DNA of 64,000 nucleotides from an uncultured Actinomycetes bacterium (GCA_963732465.1 CAVSZQ010000005.1:74358-138357); one strand, 5' to 3'. Counted from the first letter of the stretch, positions 1 through 10,787 are shown. Notes: generated from the letters alone by a model not told the origin. Numbers and translations: made by a program.

Positions 1-27
1 TCGCGTCGGCGAGAGCCTCGTAGTCTT

Positions 28-117
28 GGGGGTCAGGCTTCAGCCTGACCCCGGTGTTGGACGTTGGCCAGTTCCACGCGAACACCTAAAGACGGGGTCA
101 GGCTAAAGCCTGACCCC
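28..117 (-). repeat. Family-A REP-like element, copy A1: two GGGGTCAGGCT-loop-AGCCTGACCCC hairpins (29-52 and 94-117) around a 41-nt spacer
   Basis: Read directly. The same two-hairpin architecture occurs at 27438-27520 and 55935-56015. The spacer matches those copies in reverse complement. Confidence 0.85.
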
Positions 118-148
118 AGATCGTCAGGCTGACGCCGGAGCCCGGAGA

Positions 149-1351
149 TCAGATCTGCCAGGCGCCTTCGCGGAGCACCGGGACGGTCTCGCCGTCGCGC
201 GTGACGCCGTCGACCGCCATCTGCGGGCTCCCGATCATGAAGTCGACGTGGACACGGCTCTTGTTGATGCGCGCCTTGTCGGCTGCGTCTATGACCGGGT
301 GGGCGTAGCCGTTGCCGAGAGCGATGTGGGTCGCCGCGTTCTCGTCGATGAGCGTGTCGAAGAACACGGTCTCGAGCGGGCCGATCCGCCCCTCGCCGTC
401 GACGAGCGCGACCTCGCCGAGCCTCGCGGCTCCTTCGTCGGATGACGCCGCCGAGCGCAGCGCGTCGGCGCCCTTGTCCGCGTCGATCGCGACGGCACGG
501 CCGCCGGAGAACTCGACGCGGATCCCCGAGATGACGGAGCCGGCGAGCTCGAGCGGCATCGTGGCGCTCACGTAGCCGTCGACGCGCTCCGGATCCGGCG
601 TCGTGAACGTCTCCTCGGTCGGGATGTTCGGCAGGTGGCGGTGCCCGTCGACGGTGCGGAAGTCGCCGGCCTCCCACGTGGACGACGGCAGCAGCCCGAT
701 CGTCAGATCGGTTCCGGGGCCGTGCAGCCGGAGTGAGTCGAAGCCGCGCTCGGTGAGGCGGTTCGCGTTGCCCTTCAGCACTGCGGTTCGCTCGACCCAG
801 GCCTGTGACGGGTCGTCCTCGTCGAGGCGGCAGACGTGCGCGACGGCTTCCCAGAGGCGCTCGTATGCCCCCTCGGGCTCGAGCTCCGGGTACACCGCTC
901 CGGCCCACGGCCGCGTGGGGCAGGGGACGATCGTCCAGCTCGTCGTCATGCTGTTGACGACCTCGCCGGTCTCGGGGAGGTACGGCAGGAGATCTCGGCC
1001 GGCGCGGGCGGGGTCCAGCCCTTCGAGAGCGGTCGGCGCGTGCGGGCCCGAGAGCGTGATTCGCGCTGCGTGCTCGTCCGAGAGGTAGAGGAGCCGCTGC
1101 GGGAGCCACGGCGGCGTGTAGTCGAGCGTGTCCTCAGCCGCGTGCGCGATGCGGGCGCGCTTCACCCACTGGTCGAAGTAGAGGACGTCGACGTACTTCG
1201 CGCCGCGTCGATACGCGAGGTCGGCGATGCGGCGGGTGAGGTACTCCTTGCCGACGTAGCTCGTCACGCCGACGAGCTGGCCCGGCTGCACGTTCGCGCC
1301 GAAGACCGCGAGCTCGGCGAGCTTGTCCGTCAATTCCTCGATGCGACTCAC
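149..1351 (-). CDS. M29-family aminopeptidase (AmpS/PepS/aminopeptidase T-like)
   Basis: Frame of ORF 149..1420; family-typical N-terminus (EELTDKLAELAVFGANVQPGQLVGV) and about 400 aa. Start placed at in-frame GTG 1351, because the longer ORF only reads through repeat B1. Confidence 0.8.
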   Translation of the reverse strand: MSRIEELTDKLAELAVFGANVQPGQLVGVTSYVGKEYLTRRIADLAYRRGAKYVDVLYFDQWVKRARIAHAAEDTLDYTPPWLPQRLLYLSDEHAARITLSGPHAPTALEGLDPARAGRDLLPYLPETGEVVNSMTTSWTIVPCPTRPWAGAVYPELEPEGAYERLWEAVAHVCRLDEDDPSQAWVERTAVLKGNANRLTERGFDSLRLHGPGTDLTIGLLPSSTWEAGDFRTVDGHRHLPNIPTEETFTTPDPERVDGYVSATMPLELAGSVISGIRVEFSGGRAVAIDADKGADALRSAASSDEGAARLGEVALVDGEGRIGPLETVFFDTLIDENAATHIALGNGYAHPVIDAADKARINKSRVHVDFMIGSPQMAVDGVTRDGETVPVLREGAWQI

Positions 1352-1371
1352 GGCCGACGCAGCGTATCTAG

Positions 1372-1412
1372 TGCGCAAGACCAGAATCCGCGAGTGCGGA
1401 TTCTGGTCGCGC
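1372..1412 (+). repeat. Family-B hairpin repeat, copy B1 (H1 module only)
   Basis: TGCGCAAGACCAGAATCCGC-GAGT-GCGGATTCTGGTCGCGC; perfect 13-bp stem 1379-1391/1396-1408. Confidence 0.85.
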
Positions 1413-1431
1413 CAAGGCATGGGGCGTGAGA

Positions 1432-2136
1432 ATGCGCCGGGTGCGCTTAAACGCGTTTCTTGCGAGAGCCGGCGTCGCGTCGCGGCGGCGCTCGGACGAG
1501 CTGATCCTCGCGGGCCGCGTGCGTGTGAACGGCGAGCCGGGTGAGCTGAACACGGTGGTCGGAGCGCGCGACGTCGTCGAGGTGGACGGGGAGCGCGTCG
1601 TCGCGCAGGCGCTCGCTTACGTCCTCCTGCACAAGCCGGCGGGAGTCGTGACCACCGCGAGCGACCCGCACGGGCGTCCGACGGTCGTCGAGCTCGTGGA
1701 GCCCGAACCGCGAGTCGTCCCTGTCGGGCGGCTCGACGCCGACACGACCGGAGCGCTCCTGCTGACGAACGACGGCCCGCTCGCGCACCGGCTCGCCCAC
1801 CCGCGCTACGGGGTCCCCAAGGTGTACGAGGCCGAGGTCGAAGGCTCGCCGGGCGAGGACGCGCTCGCCCAGCTCCGCGAGGGCGTCGAGCTCGAGGACG
1901 GCCGCACGTCGCCGGCCGATGCGCACCTGCTCCGCCCAGGGCTCGTCGAGCTGAGCATCCACGAAGGCCGCAAGCACCAGGTCAAGCGCATGCTCGACGC
2001 GGTCGGCCACCCTGTTCGCCGTCTCCACCGGAGCCGCTACGCCGGCCTCGAGCTGGGCGATCTCGAGCCGGGGGCGTGGCGCGAGCTGACGCCCGCGGAG
2101 GTCGCCGCGCTCAAGCAAGCGACGAAGCCGACTTAG
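1432..2136 (+). CDS. RsuA/RluB-family pseudouridine synthase with N-terminal S4 domain
   Basis: RLNAFLARAGVASRRRSDELILAGRVRVNG (S4 domain) followed by a GRLDADTTGALLLTNDG catalytic-Asp motif. Start could be GTG 1426, ATG 1432 or GTG 1441. Confidence 0.85.
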   Translation: MRRVRLNAFLARAGVASRRRSDELILAGRVRVNGEPGELNTVVGARDVVEVDGERVVAQALAYVLLHKPAGVVTTASDPHGRPTVVELVEPEPRVVPVGRLDADTTGALLLTNDGPLAHRLAHPRYGVPKVYEAEVEGSPGEDALAQLREGVELEDGRTSPADAHLLRPGLVELSIHEGRKHQVKRMLDAVGHPVRRLHRSRYAGLELGDLEPGAWRELTPAEVAALKQATKPT

Positions 2137-2229
2137 TTACAACTTGTAACTTGGCCGTTCACCGCGCCTCGATCGGCTTCACAGCGCGGGTCTGCGGCAG
2201 GCAAGAGCACCTAGTTACAACTTGTCACT
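2135..2229. promoter_or_regulatory. Pair of AT-rich 17-bp palindromes, AGTTACAACTTGTAACT (2135-2151) and AGTTACAACTTGTCACT (2213-2229)
   Basis: Read directly; centres 78 bp apart, in the convergent gap between the pseudouridine synthase gene and trpS. Function unknown. Confidence 0.5.
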
Positions 2230-2245
2230 AGGTCAAGAGTCCGAG

Positions 2246-2277
2246 GTGGCGGGCGGGCCGAAGGCCCAGCCCGCCAC
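2246..2277 (-). terminator. GC-rich stem-loop downstream of trpS
   Basis: GTGGCGGGC-GGGCCGAAGGCCC-A-GCCCGCCAC nested hairpin 25 nt past the trpS stop. No clear U-tract. Confidence 0.5.
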
Positions 2278-2301
2278 TCCATTTCGCCGCCGCCGGCGAA
2301 C

Positions 2302-3282
2302 CTAGATCCGCGCGAACCCCATCTTCTCGTACATCGCAGCGAGCGTCGGAGCCGAAGCTTCGCGCGCCTTGTCGGCACCGAGCGCGAGTATGCGCGAGAG
2401 CTCGCCTGCGTCGTCCCGGAGCTCGCCGTACTGCTCCTGGATCGGTGCGAGGAGCGCGATGACCGACTCCGCGACCGCTTCCTTGAAGGCGCCGTAGCCC
2501 TGGCCGTCGTAGCGCCCCTCGACCTCGGCGATCGACTCCCCCGTCGCGACGGTCACGATCTCGATCAGGTTCGAGACACCGGGCTTGTCAGGCGCGTGAA
2601 CGACCTCGCGGCCGGAGTCCGTGACCGCGGTCTTGAACTTCCGCCGGATCGTGTCGGGGTCGTCGAGCATGTACACGGTGCCCTGCTCCGTGCCGCCCGT
2701 CGTCGCCATCTTCTTCTCGGGCTCCTGGAGATCCGTGATCTTGGCGCCGATCTCGGGGAACACACCGCGTGGCACCTTGAAGGTCTCGCCGTAGCGCGAG
2801 TTGAAGCGCTCGGCGATGTCGCGCGTGAGCTCGACGTGCTGGCGCTGATCGACCCCGACGGGGACGATGTCGGTCTGGTACAGCAGGATGTCTCCCGCCA
2901 TGAGCACCGGGTAGCTGAAGAGCCCGGCCGCGATGAACTCGCGCTCGGAGGCCTTGTCCTTGAACTGCGTCATCCGGCCGAGCTGCCCGTAGCTCGCGAC
3001 CGCGGAGAGGAGCCAACTCGCCTCGGCGTGCGCCGTGACGTGGCTCTGGGCGAAGATCGTCGACCGCTCGGGGTCGAGTCCGGTCGCGATCAGCATCGCG
3101 AGCAGGTCGAACGTCCGCTCGCGCAGGTCGGCGGGGTCGTAGTCGACCGTGATCGAGTGCAGGTCGACGATGCAGAAGAACGCCTCGCCCTGCTCCTGCG
3201 TCGCGGTGTACTGGCGGAACCCACCCGCGTAGTTCCCGAGGTGCTTCGCCCCAGTGGGCTGGATTCCCGAAAAGATCCTCAT
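2302..3282 (-). CDS. trpS: Tryptophan--tRNA ligase
   Basis: [21 protein letters not shown]-terminus and overall class-I TrpRS-like sequence. AAAGGAGAG SD 9 nt upstream of ATG 3282. Confidence 0.93.
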   Translation of the reverse strand: MRIFSGIQPTGAKHLGNYAGGFRQYTATQEQGEAFFCIVDLHSITVDYDPADLRERTFDLLAMLIATGLDPERSTIFAQSHVTAHAEASWLLSAVASYGQLGRMTQFKDKASEREFIAAGLFSYPVLMAGDILLYQTDIVPVGVDQRQHVELTRDIAERFNSRYGETFKVPRGVFPEIGAKITDLQEPEKKMATTGGTEQGTVYMLDDPDTIRRKFKTAVTDSGREVVHAPDKPGVSNLIEIVTVATGESIAEVEGRYDGQGYGAFKEAVAESVIALLAPIQEQYGELRDDAGELSRILALGADKAREASAPTLAAMYEKMGFARI

Positions 3283-3493
3283 CGCTCGATTCTCTCCTTT
3301 CGCAGCAGTCGACAGCACGTCCTCTCCGCGAGGACCCGGTTACGCGAGGCGGATGTGCCGACCGTGCTACGCGGCCGCGCGCAGGCTCCCGCCTCGCGTG
3401 CGACGCCACGACCAGAGCTCGCTGCGATGGGCGGAAGGCATGACGTCACAGGATAGCCGTGGCTCAGGGACGCGCAACTATGCTGGCTGCACG

Positions 3494-4339
3494 ATGGAGG
3501 TCACAGGCTCGTCCGAGCTGCTCGCGTACCGGCTCGTCGGGCGCGAGCTCACGCCCGACTCGACCGTCATCGAGGTCCGGGGCCGTCGCATCGGGGACGG
3601 CTTCTTCGGGCTCATCGCCGGCCCGTGCACCGTCGAGACGCGCGAGCAGACGCTCGAGACCGCGCGCGCCGTGGCCGAGGCGGGCGCCTCTGTGCTGCGC
3701 GGGGGCGCGTTCAAGCCGCGCTCCTCGCCGTACGCGTTCCAGGGCCTCGGCCGCCGCGGGCTCGAGATCCTCGCGGAAGCTCGCGAGGAGACCGGCCTGC
3801 CGATCGTGACCGAGCTCCTCGACCCGCGCGACGTGGAGGAGGTCGCGAACGTGACCGACGTCATCCAGATCGGCGCGCGGAACATGCAGAACTTCAACCT
3901 CCTGGCGGAAGTGGGGCGCGTGCCGAAGCCGGTTCTACTGAAGCGGGCGCCGTCGGCGACCGTCGAGGAGCTGCTCATGGCCGCCGAGTACGTCGCGAAG
4001 GAGGGCAACGAGCGCGTGCTCCTCTGCGAGCGCGGGATCAAGACCTTCGAGCGCTCGACGCGCTACACGCTCGATCTCTCCGCGGTGCCCGTGCTCAAGC
4101 GGGAGACACATCTGCCGGTGATCGTCGATCCCTCACATGCAGCGGGGCGGAGCGACCTCGTGCTCCCGCTCGCGCGCGCTGCCGTGGCGGCCGGCGCAGA
4201 CGGCGTCATGGTCGAGGTGCATCCGCGCCCCGAGGACGCGCTCTGCGACGGGCCGCAGCAGATCCGGGTCGGAGAGTTCGCCCGCTTCGCCGACGAGATC
4301 CGCACGCTCGTCGCGTTGATGGGCAAGACGGTCGGCTAG
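3494..4339 (+). CDS. 3-deoxy-7-phosphoheptulonate (DAHP) synthase, type I-beta
   Basis: [30 protein letters not shown] and [10 protein letters not shown] motifs. An alternative in-frame ATG lies at 3440. Confidence 0.88.
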   Translation: MEVTGSSELLAYRLVGRELTPDSTVIEVRGRRIGDGFFGLIAGPCTVETREQTLETARAVAEAGASVLRGGAFKPRSSPYAFQGLGRRGLEILAEAREETGLPIVTELLDPRDVEEVANVTDVIQIGARNMQNFNLLAEVGRVPKPVLLKRAPSATVEELLMAAEYVAKEGNERVLLCERGIKTFERSTRYTLDLSAVPVLKRETHLPVIVDPSHAAGRSDLVLPLARAAVAAGADGVMVEVHPRPEDALCDGPQQIRVGEFARFADEIRTLVALMGKTVG

Positions 4340-4344
4340 TCGCC

Positions 4345-5631
4345 GTGCGCATTGAGCCCGTCCCTGCCCTCGTCGGGCACGTGGCGGTGCCGGGCGACAA
4401 GTCGATCTCGCACCGCGCCGTTCTGCTCGGAGCCGTGTCGGAGGGCGAGACGCGCGTCACCGGCTTCGGTCGCTCCCGCGACACGGAGGCGACGATCGCT
4501 GCCGTTCGCGCGCTCGGCGCCGAGGTCGAGGAGCACGACGTCGACACGCTCACGGTGCGAGGCGTCGGGCTCCGCGGGTTCCGCGAGCCCGAGGCGCCGA
4601 TCGACTGCGGCAACTCGGGGACGCTGCTGCGGCTGCTCTCGGGATTGCTCGCCGGTCAGGACGGGCGCCGTTTCGAGCTCGTCGGCGACGAGTCGCTCTC
4701 GGCCCGCCCGCTCGAGCGGGTCGCGGAGCCGCTGCGCCGCATGAGGGCGCGCGTCGAGACCACGGACGGGCACGCGCCGCTCGTCGTCGAAGGCGTCGCC
4801 GAGCTCTCGGCGATCGACTACGAGCTCCCGGTCGCCTCGGCGCAGGTGAAGTCGGCGATCCTCCTCGCCGGGCTCTTCGCGGCGGGTGAGACCACCGTCG
4901 TCGAGCCGCTGCCCACGCGCGACCACACCGAGCGGCTGCTCGAGCGCGCGGGCGTGGAGGTGAAGCGCCGGCCACAGAGCGTGTCGGTGCTCGGGGCCGA
5001 GAGGCTCGAGCTCGACGAGGTCGAGATCCCCGGCGACTTCTCCTCGGCGGCGGCGCTGCTCGTCGCCGCCGCGATCGTGCCCGGGTCGGACCTCACCGTC
5101 CATGGCGTCGGCCTGAACCCGCGCCGCATCGGGCTTCTCGACGTGCTCGAGCGGATGGGCGCCCGTATCGCGATCTACAACCGGCGCTCGTTCGGCGGCG
5201 AGCCCGGGGGAGACATCGAGATCCGCGCGTCCGAGCTCGTAGGGGCGACCGTGACGCCGCAGGACGTGCCGTCGCTCATCGACGAGCTGCCCGTGTTCGC
5301 GCTCGCCGCTGCGCACGCCCACGGGGACAGCGTCGTCCGCGGTGCCGCCGAGCTGCGCGTGAAGGAGACGGACCGGCTGGAGGGTGTCGCGGAGGAGTTG
5401 CGCCGTCTCGGCGGTCACGTGCGCGCGACGAACGACGGCTGGAGGATCCGCGGCGTGCCCGCGCGGCTGCGCGGAGGCGTGTTCGACGCGCGCGGTGATC
5501 ACCGGCTCGCGATGCTCGGAGCCGTCGCCGGCCTGTCCTCGATGGAAGGCGTCGAGCTGCGCGCAGCCGACGCGGTCGAGCACAGCTTCCCGGGCTTCTT
5601 TGCAGTTCTGGAACAGCTCACGCAAGCGTGA
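4345..5631 (+). CDS. aroA: 3-phosphoshikimate 1-carboxyvinyltransferase (EPSP synthase)
   Basis: VPGDKSISHRAVLLGA, CGNSGTLLRLL and RVKETDRL motifs. GTG 4345 lies 6 nt after the upstream stop. Confidence 0.92.
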   Translation: MRIEPVPALVGHVAVPGDKSISHRAVLLGAVSEGETRVTGFGRSRDTEATIAAVRALGAEVEEHDVDTLTVRGVGLRGFREPEAPIDCGNSGTLLRLLSGLLAGQDGRRFELVGDESLSARPLERVAEPLRRMRARVETTDGHAPLVVEGVAELSAIDYELPVASAQVKSAILLAGLFAAGETTVVEPLPTRDHTERLLERAGVEVKRRPQSVSVLGAERLELDEVEIPGDFSSAAALLVAAAIVPGSDLTVHGVGLNPRRIGLLDVLERMGARIAIYNRRSFGGEPGGDIEIRASELVGATVTPQDVPSLIDELPVFALAAAHAHGDSVVRGAAELRVKETDRLEGVAEELRRLGGHVRATNDGWRIRGVPARLRGGVFDARGDHRLAMLGAVAGLSSMEGVELRAADAVEHSFPGFFAVLEQLTQA

Positions 5632-5697
5632 TGGCGTAGAAATCACCGCCATGGCCGCGCTGTCTGTCCTCCCTAGGCACTTCTTCCGAAGGGAGAG

Positions 5698-6336
5698 GTG
5701 CCTTTGATCGTGGCGATCGACGGTCCCGCCGGCTCTGGCAAGAGCACGGTCGCGCGCGCCCTCGCGGCGCACCTCGGCTACCGCTATCTCGACACCGGGG
5801 CGATGTACAGGGCACTGACGTGGCTCGCCCGTCGCGACGGCGTCCCGCTCGAGGACGGTGAGGCGCTGGCGGCGCTCGCGCTCGCGTATCCGGTCTCGGT
5901 CGAGGCGGGAGGGAGCGTCGAGATCGCGGGCGAGGCCGTCTCCGGGCTGATCCGCGACGCCGAGATCGACCGGCTCGTACCTGTCGTCGCGCGCCACCCC
6001 GGGGTGCGTGAGGTCATGCGCGAACGGCAGCGCGCGCTAGGAACGACGGGCGACGCCGTGATCGAGGGCCGCGACATCGGCTCTGTGGTCGCGCCGCACG
6101 CGGAGGTGAAGGTCTTCCTCGTCGCCGACGCGTCGGTGCGCGCGCACCGACGCACGGCGGAGCGTCCGGGCGAGGACGCAGAATCGCTCGCGGCGGATCT
6201 CGTCGTCCGCGACGAGCGCGATGCCGCCAACACACAGCCGGCGCCGGACGCGATCCTGCTCGACACGACCGACCTCACGATCGACCAGGTCGTCGCCCGG
6301 ATCGCCGAGCTCGTCCGGGAGCGGGAGCGCCGATGA
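5698..6336 (+). CDS. cmk: Cytidylate kinase
   Basis: IVAIDGPAGSGKSTVARALA..YLDTGAMYRA. GAAGGGAGAGG SD abuts GTG 5698. Confidence 0.92.
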   Translation: MPLIVAIDGPAGSGKSTVARALAAHLGYRYLDTGAMYRALTWLARRDGVPLEDGEALAALALAYPVSVEAGGSVEIAGEAVSGLIRDAEIDRLVPVVARHPGVREVMRERQRALGTTGDAVIEGRDIGSVVAPHAEVKVFLVADASVRAHRRTAERPGEDAESLAADLVVRDERDAANTQPAPDAILLDTTDLTIDQVVARIAELVRERERR

Positions 6337-6983
6337 ACCGCACGGACATCGCCTGGTCGATCGGGCGCCCGACGATCGGGGGCGCAACGAGGCTCGTCGC
6401 CCGCGTACGCGTCTACGGGCGCGAGCGGGTGCCGATGCACGGAGGCCTGGTCGTCGCCGCGAACCACTTCAGCTGGATCGACCCGCCCGCACTCGGCTGG
6501 GCGATCCCGCGCACGCTCTACTACATGGCGAAGGTGGAGGCGCACCGCGTGCCCGGGCTGGGGCAGCTCATGCGCTCGTTCGGCGCGTTCCCCGTGCGCC
6601 GCGGCGAGTCGGATCGCGATGCCGTGCGGACGATGCGTGAGATCGTCCGCGACGGGAATGCCCTCGGGATGTTCCCCGAGGGAACGAGGCAGCTGTCGGG
6701 CGTGCCCGGGACGGTGCTACCGGGCGCGGCGATGGTCGCGGTCAGCGAGCGCGTCCCACTCGTCCCCGTCGCGATCTACGGCAGCTTCGAGTGGAGGCTC
6801 GGGAACTTCAAGCCCGTCTCGCTCGCCTTCGGCGAGCCGATGAGCTTCGACGGGCTTCCGGCCGGCGGCCGCGGGTACAAGGAGGCGTCCGTCGAGATCG
6901 AGCGCGAGATTCGCGGGCTCTGGGAGTGGCTCGTGGACGTGCACGAGCTCGGTCGCCCGAAGGACGCGACGCCGCCGCGATGA
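6333..6983 (+). CDS. plsC: 1-acyl-sn-glycerol-3-phosphate acyltransferase family protein
   Basis: NHFSWIDP (HX4D) and FPEGTR acyltransferase motifs. ATGA overlap with the cmk stop. Confidence 0.85.
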   Translation: MNRTDIAWSIGRPTIGGATRLVARVRVYGRERVPMHGGLVVAANHFSWIDPPALGWAIPRTLYYMAKVEAHRVPGLGQLMRSFGAFPVRRGESDRDAVRTMREIVRDGNALGMFPEGTRQLSGVPGTVLPGAAMVAVSERVPLVPVAIYGSFEWRLGNFKPVSLAFGEPMSFDGLPAGGRGYKEASVEIEREIRGLWEWLVDVHELGRPKDATPPR

Positions 6984-8365
6984 GGCCGAGACGCAGAGCG
7001 CCGAAGCCGGCGCCGATCGATCCGGGTGAGCTCGATGTGCTCGACGAGCCGCCGGAGCCGCCGATCGAGATAGCCGGCACGGTCGCGATCGTCGGCTACC
7101 CGAACGTCGGCAAGTCGACGCTCGTCAACCGGCTGACCCAGACGCGGGCCGCCGTCGTGCACGAGACGCCCGGCGTCACGCGCGACCGCAAGGAGCTCCT
7201 CTGCGAGTGGTCGGGCACGACCTTCCGGCTCATCGACACCGGCGGTGTCGATCGCACGGACACGGGGCCGTTCGGGCCGAAGATCGTCGAACAGGTGAAG
7301 CAGGCGATCGAGGAGGCGGACCTCGTTCTCTTCGTCGTCGACGCGCGCGCAGGCATCACGCCGGGGGACGAGGAGCTGGCTGAGATCCTGCGGCGCTCGC
7401 GGCGCGAGATCATCGTGATCGCGAACAAGCTCGACGACCCGCGGCGCAACCCGGAGGCGCTCGACCTCCACCGCCTCGGTCTCGGCGAGCCGTTCCCGCT
7501 CTCCGCGCTTCACGGCCACGGGACCGGCGACCTCCTCGACGAGATAGTTAGCCGGTTGCCGGGGACGGGCGAGCGGCCTGTGGGGGAGGAGGCGATCCGC
7601 GTCGCGATCCTGGGCCGCCCGAATGTGGGGAAGTCCTCGCTCCTGAACGCGCTCGTCGGCCAGGAGCGGGTCATCGTCTCGGAGGTCCCGGGGACGACGC
7701 GCGACACGATCGACACGGTGCTGCGGCGCAGCGAGACGACCTTCGTGCTCGTCGACACCGCCGGCCTACGCCGCAAGCGGCGTCATCGGCAGGGGATCGA
7801 GTACTACTCCGAACTCCGTGCGCTCGAGGCCGCGGAGCGGGCCGACGTCGCGATCGTGCTCGTGGATGCGAGCGAGGGCGTGGTCGATCAGGACCTGGCC
7901 GTAGCGGACATCGCGCGTAAGGCTGCATGCGCGACCATCGTCGGCCTGTCCAAGTGGGACGTGTCCGAGGTCCGCATCGAGGACGTGCGCCCCGATCTCG
8001 AGCGTCGCCTGCGCCAGCGACCGCCGATCCTGGCGCTGTCGGCTAAGAGCGGGCGCGGGCTCGAGCGACTCCTCGACTCCATCGAGAGCGTCTTCGAGAA
8101 ATACGCGGGTCGGATCCCGACCGCGGAGCTGAACCGTGCCCTCGCGGAGCTCCGCGAGGCGCGACAGCCGCCCCAGAAGCGCGGCCGCCGGCTGAACCTG
8201 CTCTACGGGACGCAGGTCAGCTCTAGGCCGCCGCGCCTTCGGTTCTTCGTGAACGATCGCGGGCTGGTGACGCGCGACTACGGCTACTGGGTCGAGAACG
8301 AGCTGCGCCGACGCTTTAGGCTCGAGGGCGTGCCGGTCTCGATCGACTTCGTCACCTCGGAATGA
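6980..8365 (+). CDS. der: Ribosome-biogenesis GTPase Der (EngA)
   Basis: Two G domains (GYPNVGKST and GRPNVGKSS P-loops) plus a KH-like C-terminus. ATG 6980 overlaps the plsC stop (ATGA). Confidence 0.93.
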   Translation: MRPRRRAPKPAPIDPGELDVLDEPPEPPIEIAGTVAIVGYPNVGKSTLVNRLTQTRAAVVHETPGVTRDRKELLCEWSGTTFRLIDTGGVDRTDTGPFGPKIVEQVKQAIEEADLVLFVVDARAGITPGDEELAEILRRSRREIIVIANKLDDPRRNPEALDLHRLGLGEPFPLSALHGHGTGDLLDEIVSRLPGTGERPVGEEAIRVAILGRPNVGKSSLLNALVGQERVIVSEVPGTTRDTIDTVLRRSETTFVLVDTAGLRRKRRHRQGIEYYSELRALEAAERADVAIVLVDASEGVVDQDLAVADIARKAACATIVGLSKWDVSEVRIEDVRPDLERRLRQRPPILALSAKSGRGLERLLDSIESVFEKYAGRIPTAELNRALAELREARQPPQKRGRRLNLLYGTQVSSRPPRLRFFVNDRGLVTRDYGYWVENELRRRFRLEGVPVSIDFVTSE

Positions 8366-8407
8366 AGACCCCACCTAGGCGACCGCGCAGCGGGCGCCCT
8401 AGGGAAT

Positions 8408-8451
8408 TTGCGCGGCGGAATCCGCGCCTGCGCGGATTCCGTACTTGCGCA
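8408..8451 (+). repeat. Family-B hairpin repeat, copy B2 (H1 variant)
   Basis: TTGCGCGGC-GGAATCCGCG-CCTG-CGCGGATTCC-GTACTTGCGCA. The gpsA TTG start lies in its right flank. Confidence 0.75.
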
Positions 8452-9401
8452 TAGTCGTCGTCGGGGCCGGGTCGTGGGGCTCGGCGTTCGCGACGCTGCT
8501 CCGCGACAAGGGCCACGAGGTCACGCTCGCCGCACGCGACGCGCAGCAGGTCGAGGCGATTCGCGCGACCGGTCGCAACCCGCGTTACGTCGCGGACGCC
8601 GATCTCCGCGGGATCGAGGCCGCGACGATCGAGCAGGCGCCCGTCGCGAACGCGGAGCTCGTCGTCCTCGCTGTGCCGAGCCGCGTGTACGGGGAGGTCG
8701 TCGGCGCTCTGCCGGGCTCAGCGCCGGTCCTCAGCCTCACGAAGGGCCTCGACCCGACGACCGGCGAGAGGCTCTCGACGCTCGTGCGCGGCAGGCCGGT
8801 CGCGGTCCTTACCGGGCCGAACATCGCGGAGGAGATCCTGCGCGGCCTTCCCGCGGCCGCAGTTGTTGCGAGCGACGACCTGGAGCTCGCGGTGCTGCTC
8901 CAGGCCGCGGTGAACTCGGTGATCTTCCGCGTCTACCTGAGCACGGACATCGCCGGCGTCGAGCTCTGCGCCGCTGCGAAGAACGTGATCGCGCTCGCCG
9001 CAGGCGGCGCCGACGGCCTCCAGCTCGGCGACAACGCGAAGGCCGCGCTCGTCTCGCGCGGGCTCGCGGAGATGCGGCGTCTCGCCGAAGCGGCCGGGGC
9101 GCGCCCGGACACGTTCGCCGGGCTCGCCGGCATGGGCGACCTGATCGTGACGTGCTGGTCGCCCGTCGGCCGGAACCGCCGCGCGGGCGAGCTCATCGCG
9201 CAGGGGGCGACCCCTGAGGAGGCGCGCGCGGAGATCGGGATGGTCGTGGAGGGCCTGACGACCGCGCCGGTGCTGCGCGATCTCTCGCACCGGCTCGGGA
9301 TCGAGATGCCGATCACCGAGGGCGTCTGCGCAGTCCTCGGCGGTGTCACCCTGGCTGAGCTCGTGACGCAGCTCATGACCCGTGAGCCGACGACGGAGTA
9401 G
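8445..9401 (+). CDS. gpsA: NAD(P)H-dependent glycerol-3-phosphate dehydrogenase
   Basis: [19 protein letters not shown] Rossmann N-terminus and full-length family similarity. TTG start. Confidence 0.92.
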   Translation: MRIVVVGAGSWGSAFATLLRDKGHEVTLAARDAQQVEAIRATGRNPRYVADADLRGIEAATIEQAPVANAELVVLAVPSRVYGEVVGALPGSAPVLSLTKGLDPTTGERLSTLVRGRPVAVLTGPNIAEEILRGLPAAAVVASDDLELAVLLQAAVNSVIFRVYLSTDIAGVELCAAAKNVIALAAGGADGLQLGDNAKAALVSRGLAEMRRLAEAAGARPDTFAGLAGMGDLIVTCWSPVGRNRRAGELIAQGATPEEARAEIGMVVEGLTTAPVLRDLSHRLGIEMPITEGVCAVLGGVTLAELVTQLMTREPTTE

Positions 9402-9456
9402 GGCCAGCTTGCCTCGCCCTAAGTGGCGTCGCTACGCCGTCGGTAGTCTCCCCCGC

Positions 9457-10707
9457 ATGGCTACACGCTCGTTCTCCTTCTCGTCCGAGTCCGTCACCGA
9501 AGGCCACCCCGACAAGGTCGCGGACCAGATCTCCGACTCCGTTCTCGACGCTGTCCTGCGCGACGACACGAACGCGCGCGTGGCGTGCGAGACGCTCATC
9601 ACGACCGGGCTCGTCGTCGTCGCGGGCGAGATCACGACCGAGACCTGGGTCGACATCCGCGCCGTCGTCCGCGAGCGCATCGCCGAGATCGGCTACACGC
9701 GCGCGAAGTACGGCTTCGACTTCGAGACCTGCGGCGTCGTCGTCGCGATCGACGAGCAGTCCGCGGACATCGCGCTGGGCGTCGACGAGTCGTACGAGGC
9801 GCAGCACGGCGACACCGACCCGCTCGACCTGCTCGGCGCCGGCGACCAGGGGATGATGTTCGGCTACGCGACGCGCGAGACGGAGGAGCTCATGCCGCTC
9901 CCGATCACGCTCGCGCACAAGCTGACCCGGCGGCTCGCCGAGGTGCGCAAGGCGGAGATCCTCCCGTACTTGCGTCCGGACGGGAAGTCGCAGGTGACCG
10001 TGCGCTACGAGGTCGACGAGCACGGCATCCAGCGCCCGGTCGAGATCGAGCGGTTGCTGATCTCGACGCAGCACCGCGACGGGCTCGACATCGAGACGCT
10101 GATGAAGCCCGATCTGCTCGAGCACGTGGTCGAGCCGATCCTGCACTCCGAGTTCCGCTCGCTCTACGACCCCGACCGCCTCGGCGCGAAGGACTTCCTC
10201 TACGTGAACCCGACCGGCAAGTTCGTGATCGGAGGGCCGATGGGGGACACGGGCCTCACGGGTCGCAAGATCGTCGTCGACACGTACGGCGGCGCGGCGC
10301 CGCACGGCGGCGGCGCGTTCTCCGGGAAGGACCCGACCAAGGTCGACCGCTCTGCCGCGTACGCGGCGCGGTACGTGGCGAAGAACGTCGTGGCGGCAGG
10401 GCTCGCGGACCGCTGCCAGCTCCAGGTCGCGTACGCCATCGGCGTCGCCCACCCGATGAGCGTCAACATCGAGTGCTTCGGCACCGAGACCGTGCCGCTG
10501 GCGACGATCGAGAAGCTCGTCTCGGAGCACTTCGACCTCCGGCCCGGCGCGATCATCCGCGACCTCGACCTCCTGCGCCCGATCTACGCGAAGACCGCGT
10601 CCTACGGGCACTTCGGCCGCGACGACCGCGATTTCACGTGGGAGCGGACCGACAAGGCCGAGACGCTCCGCCAGGCCGCGGGCGTCCTCTCCGGGTCGAC
10701 GGCTTAG
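9457..10707 (+). CDS. metK: S-adenosylmethionine synthase
   Basis: [30 protein letters not shown] and [16 protein letters not shown] motifs. Confidence 0.95.
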   Translation: MATRSFSFSSESVTEGHPDKVADQISDSVLDAVLRDDTNARVACETLITTGLVVVAGEITTETWVDIRAVVRERIAEIGYTRAKYGFDFETCGVVVAIDEQSADIALGVDESYEAQHGDTDPLDLLGAGDQGMMFGYATRETEELMPLPITLAHKLTRRLAEVRKAEILPYLRPDGKSQVTVRYEVDEHGIQRPVEIERLLISTQHRDGLDIETLMKPDLLEHVVEPILHSEFRSLYDPDRLGAKDFLYVNPTGKFVIGGPMGDTGLTGRKIVVDTYGGAAPHGGGAFSGKDPTKVDRSAAYAARYVAKNVVAAGLADRCQLQVAYAIGVAHPMSVNIECFGTETVPLATIEKLVSEHFDLRPGAIIRDLDLLRPIYAKTASYGHFGRDDRDFTWERTDKAETLRQAAGVLSGSTA

Positions 10708-10787
10708 ACGCAACTGTCTGGCAGCGGGTTGCCGAGCTTGCCGGCCGCTCCTACGCTGCGTGTGCCGTGAGATCGCGTTACTGAACG

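Noticed and set aside
3283-3493. T-box riboswitch or Trp-codon leader peptide in the divergent trpS / DAHP-synthase control region
   Set aside because: I find a 10-bp stem (3343-3352/3389-3398) but no T-box consensus (..GGTGGTACCGCG..), no specifier-loop context and no Trp-rich uORF. An Infernal scan would be the decisive test.
9402-9456. SAM riboswitch upstream of metK
   Set aside because: The gap is only 55 nt and consists mainly of the gpsA terminator-like hairpin (GGGCCAGCTTGCCTCGCCC). This is too short for any known SAM aptamer.
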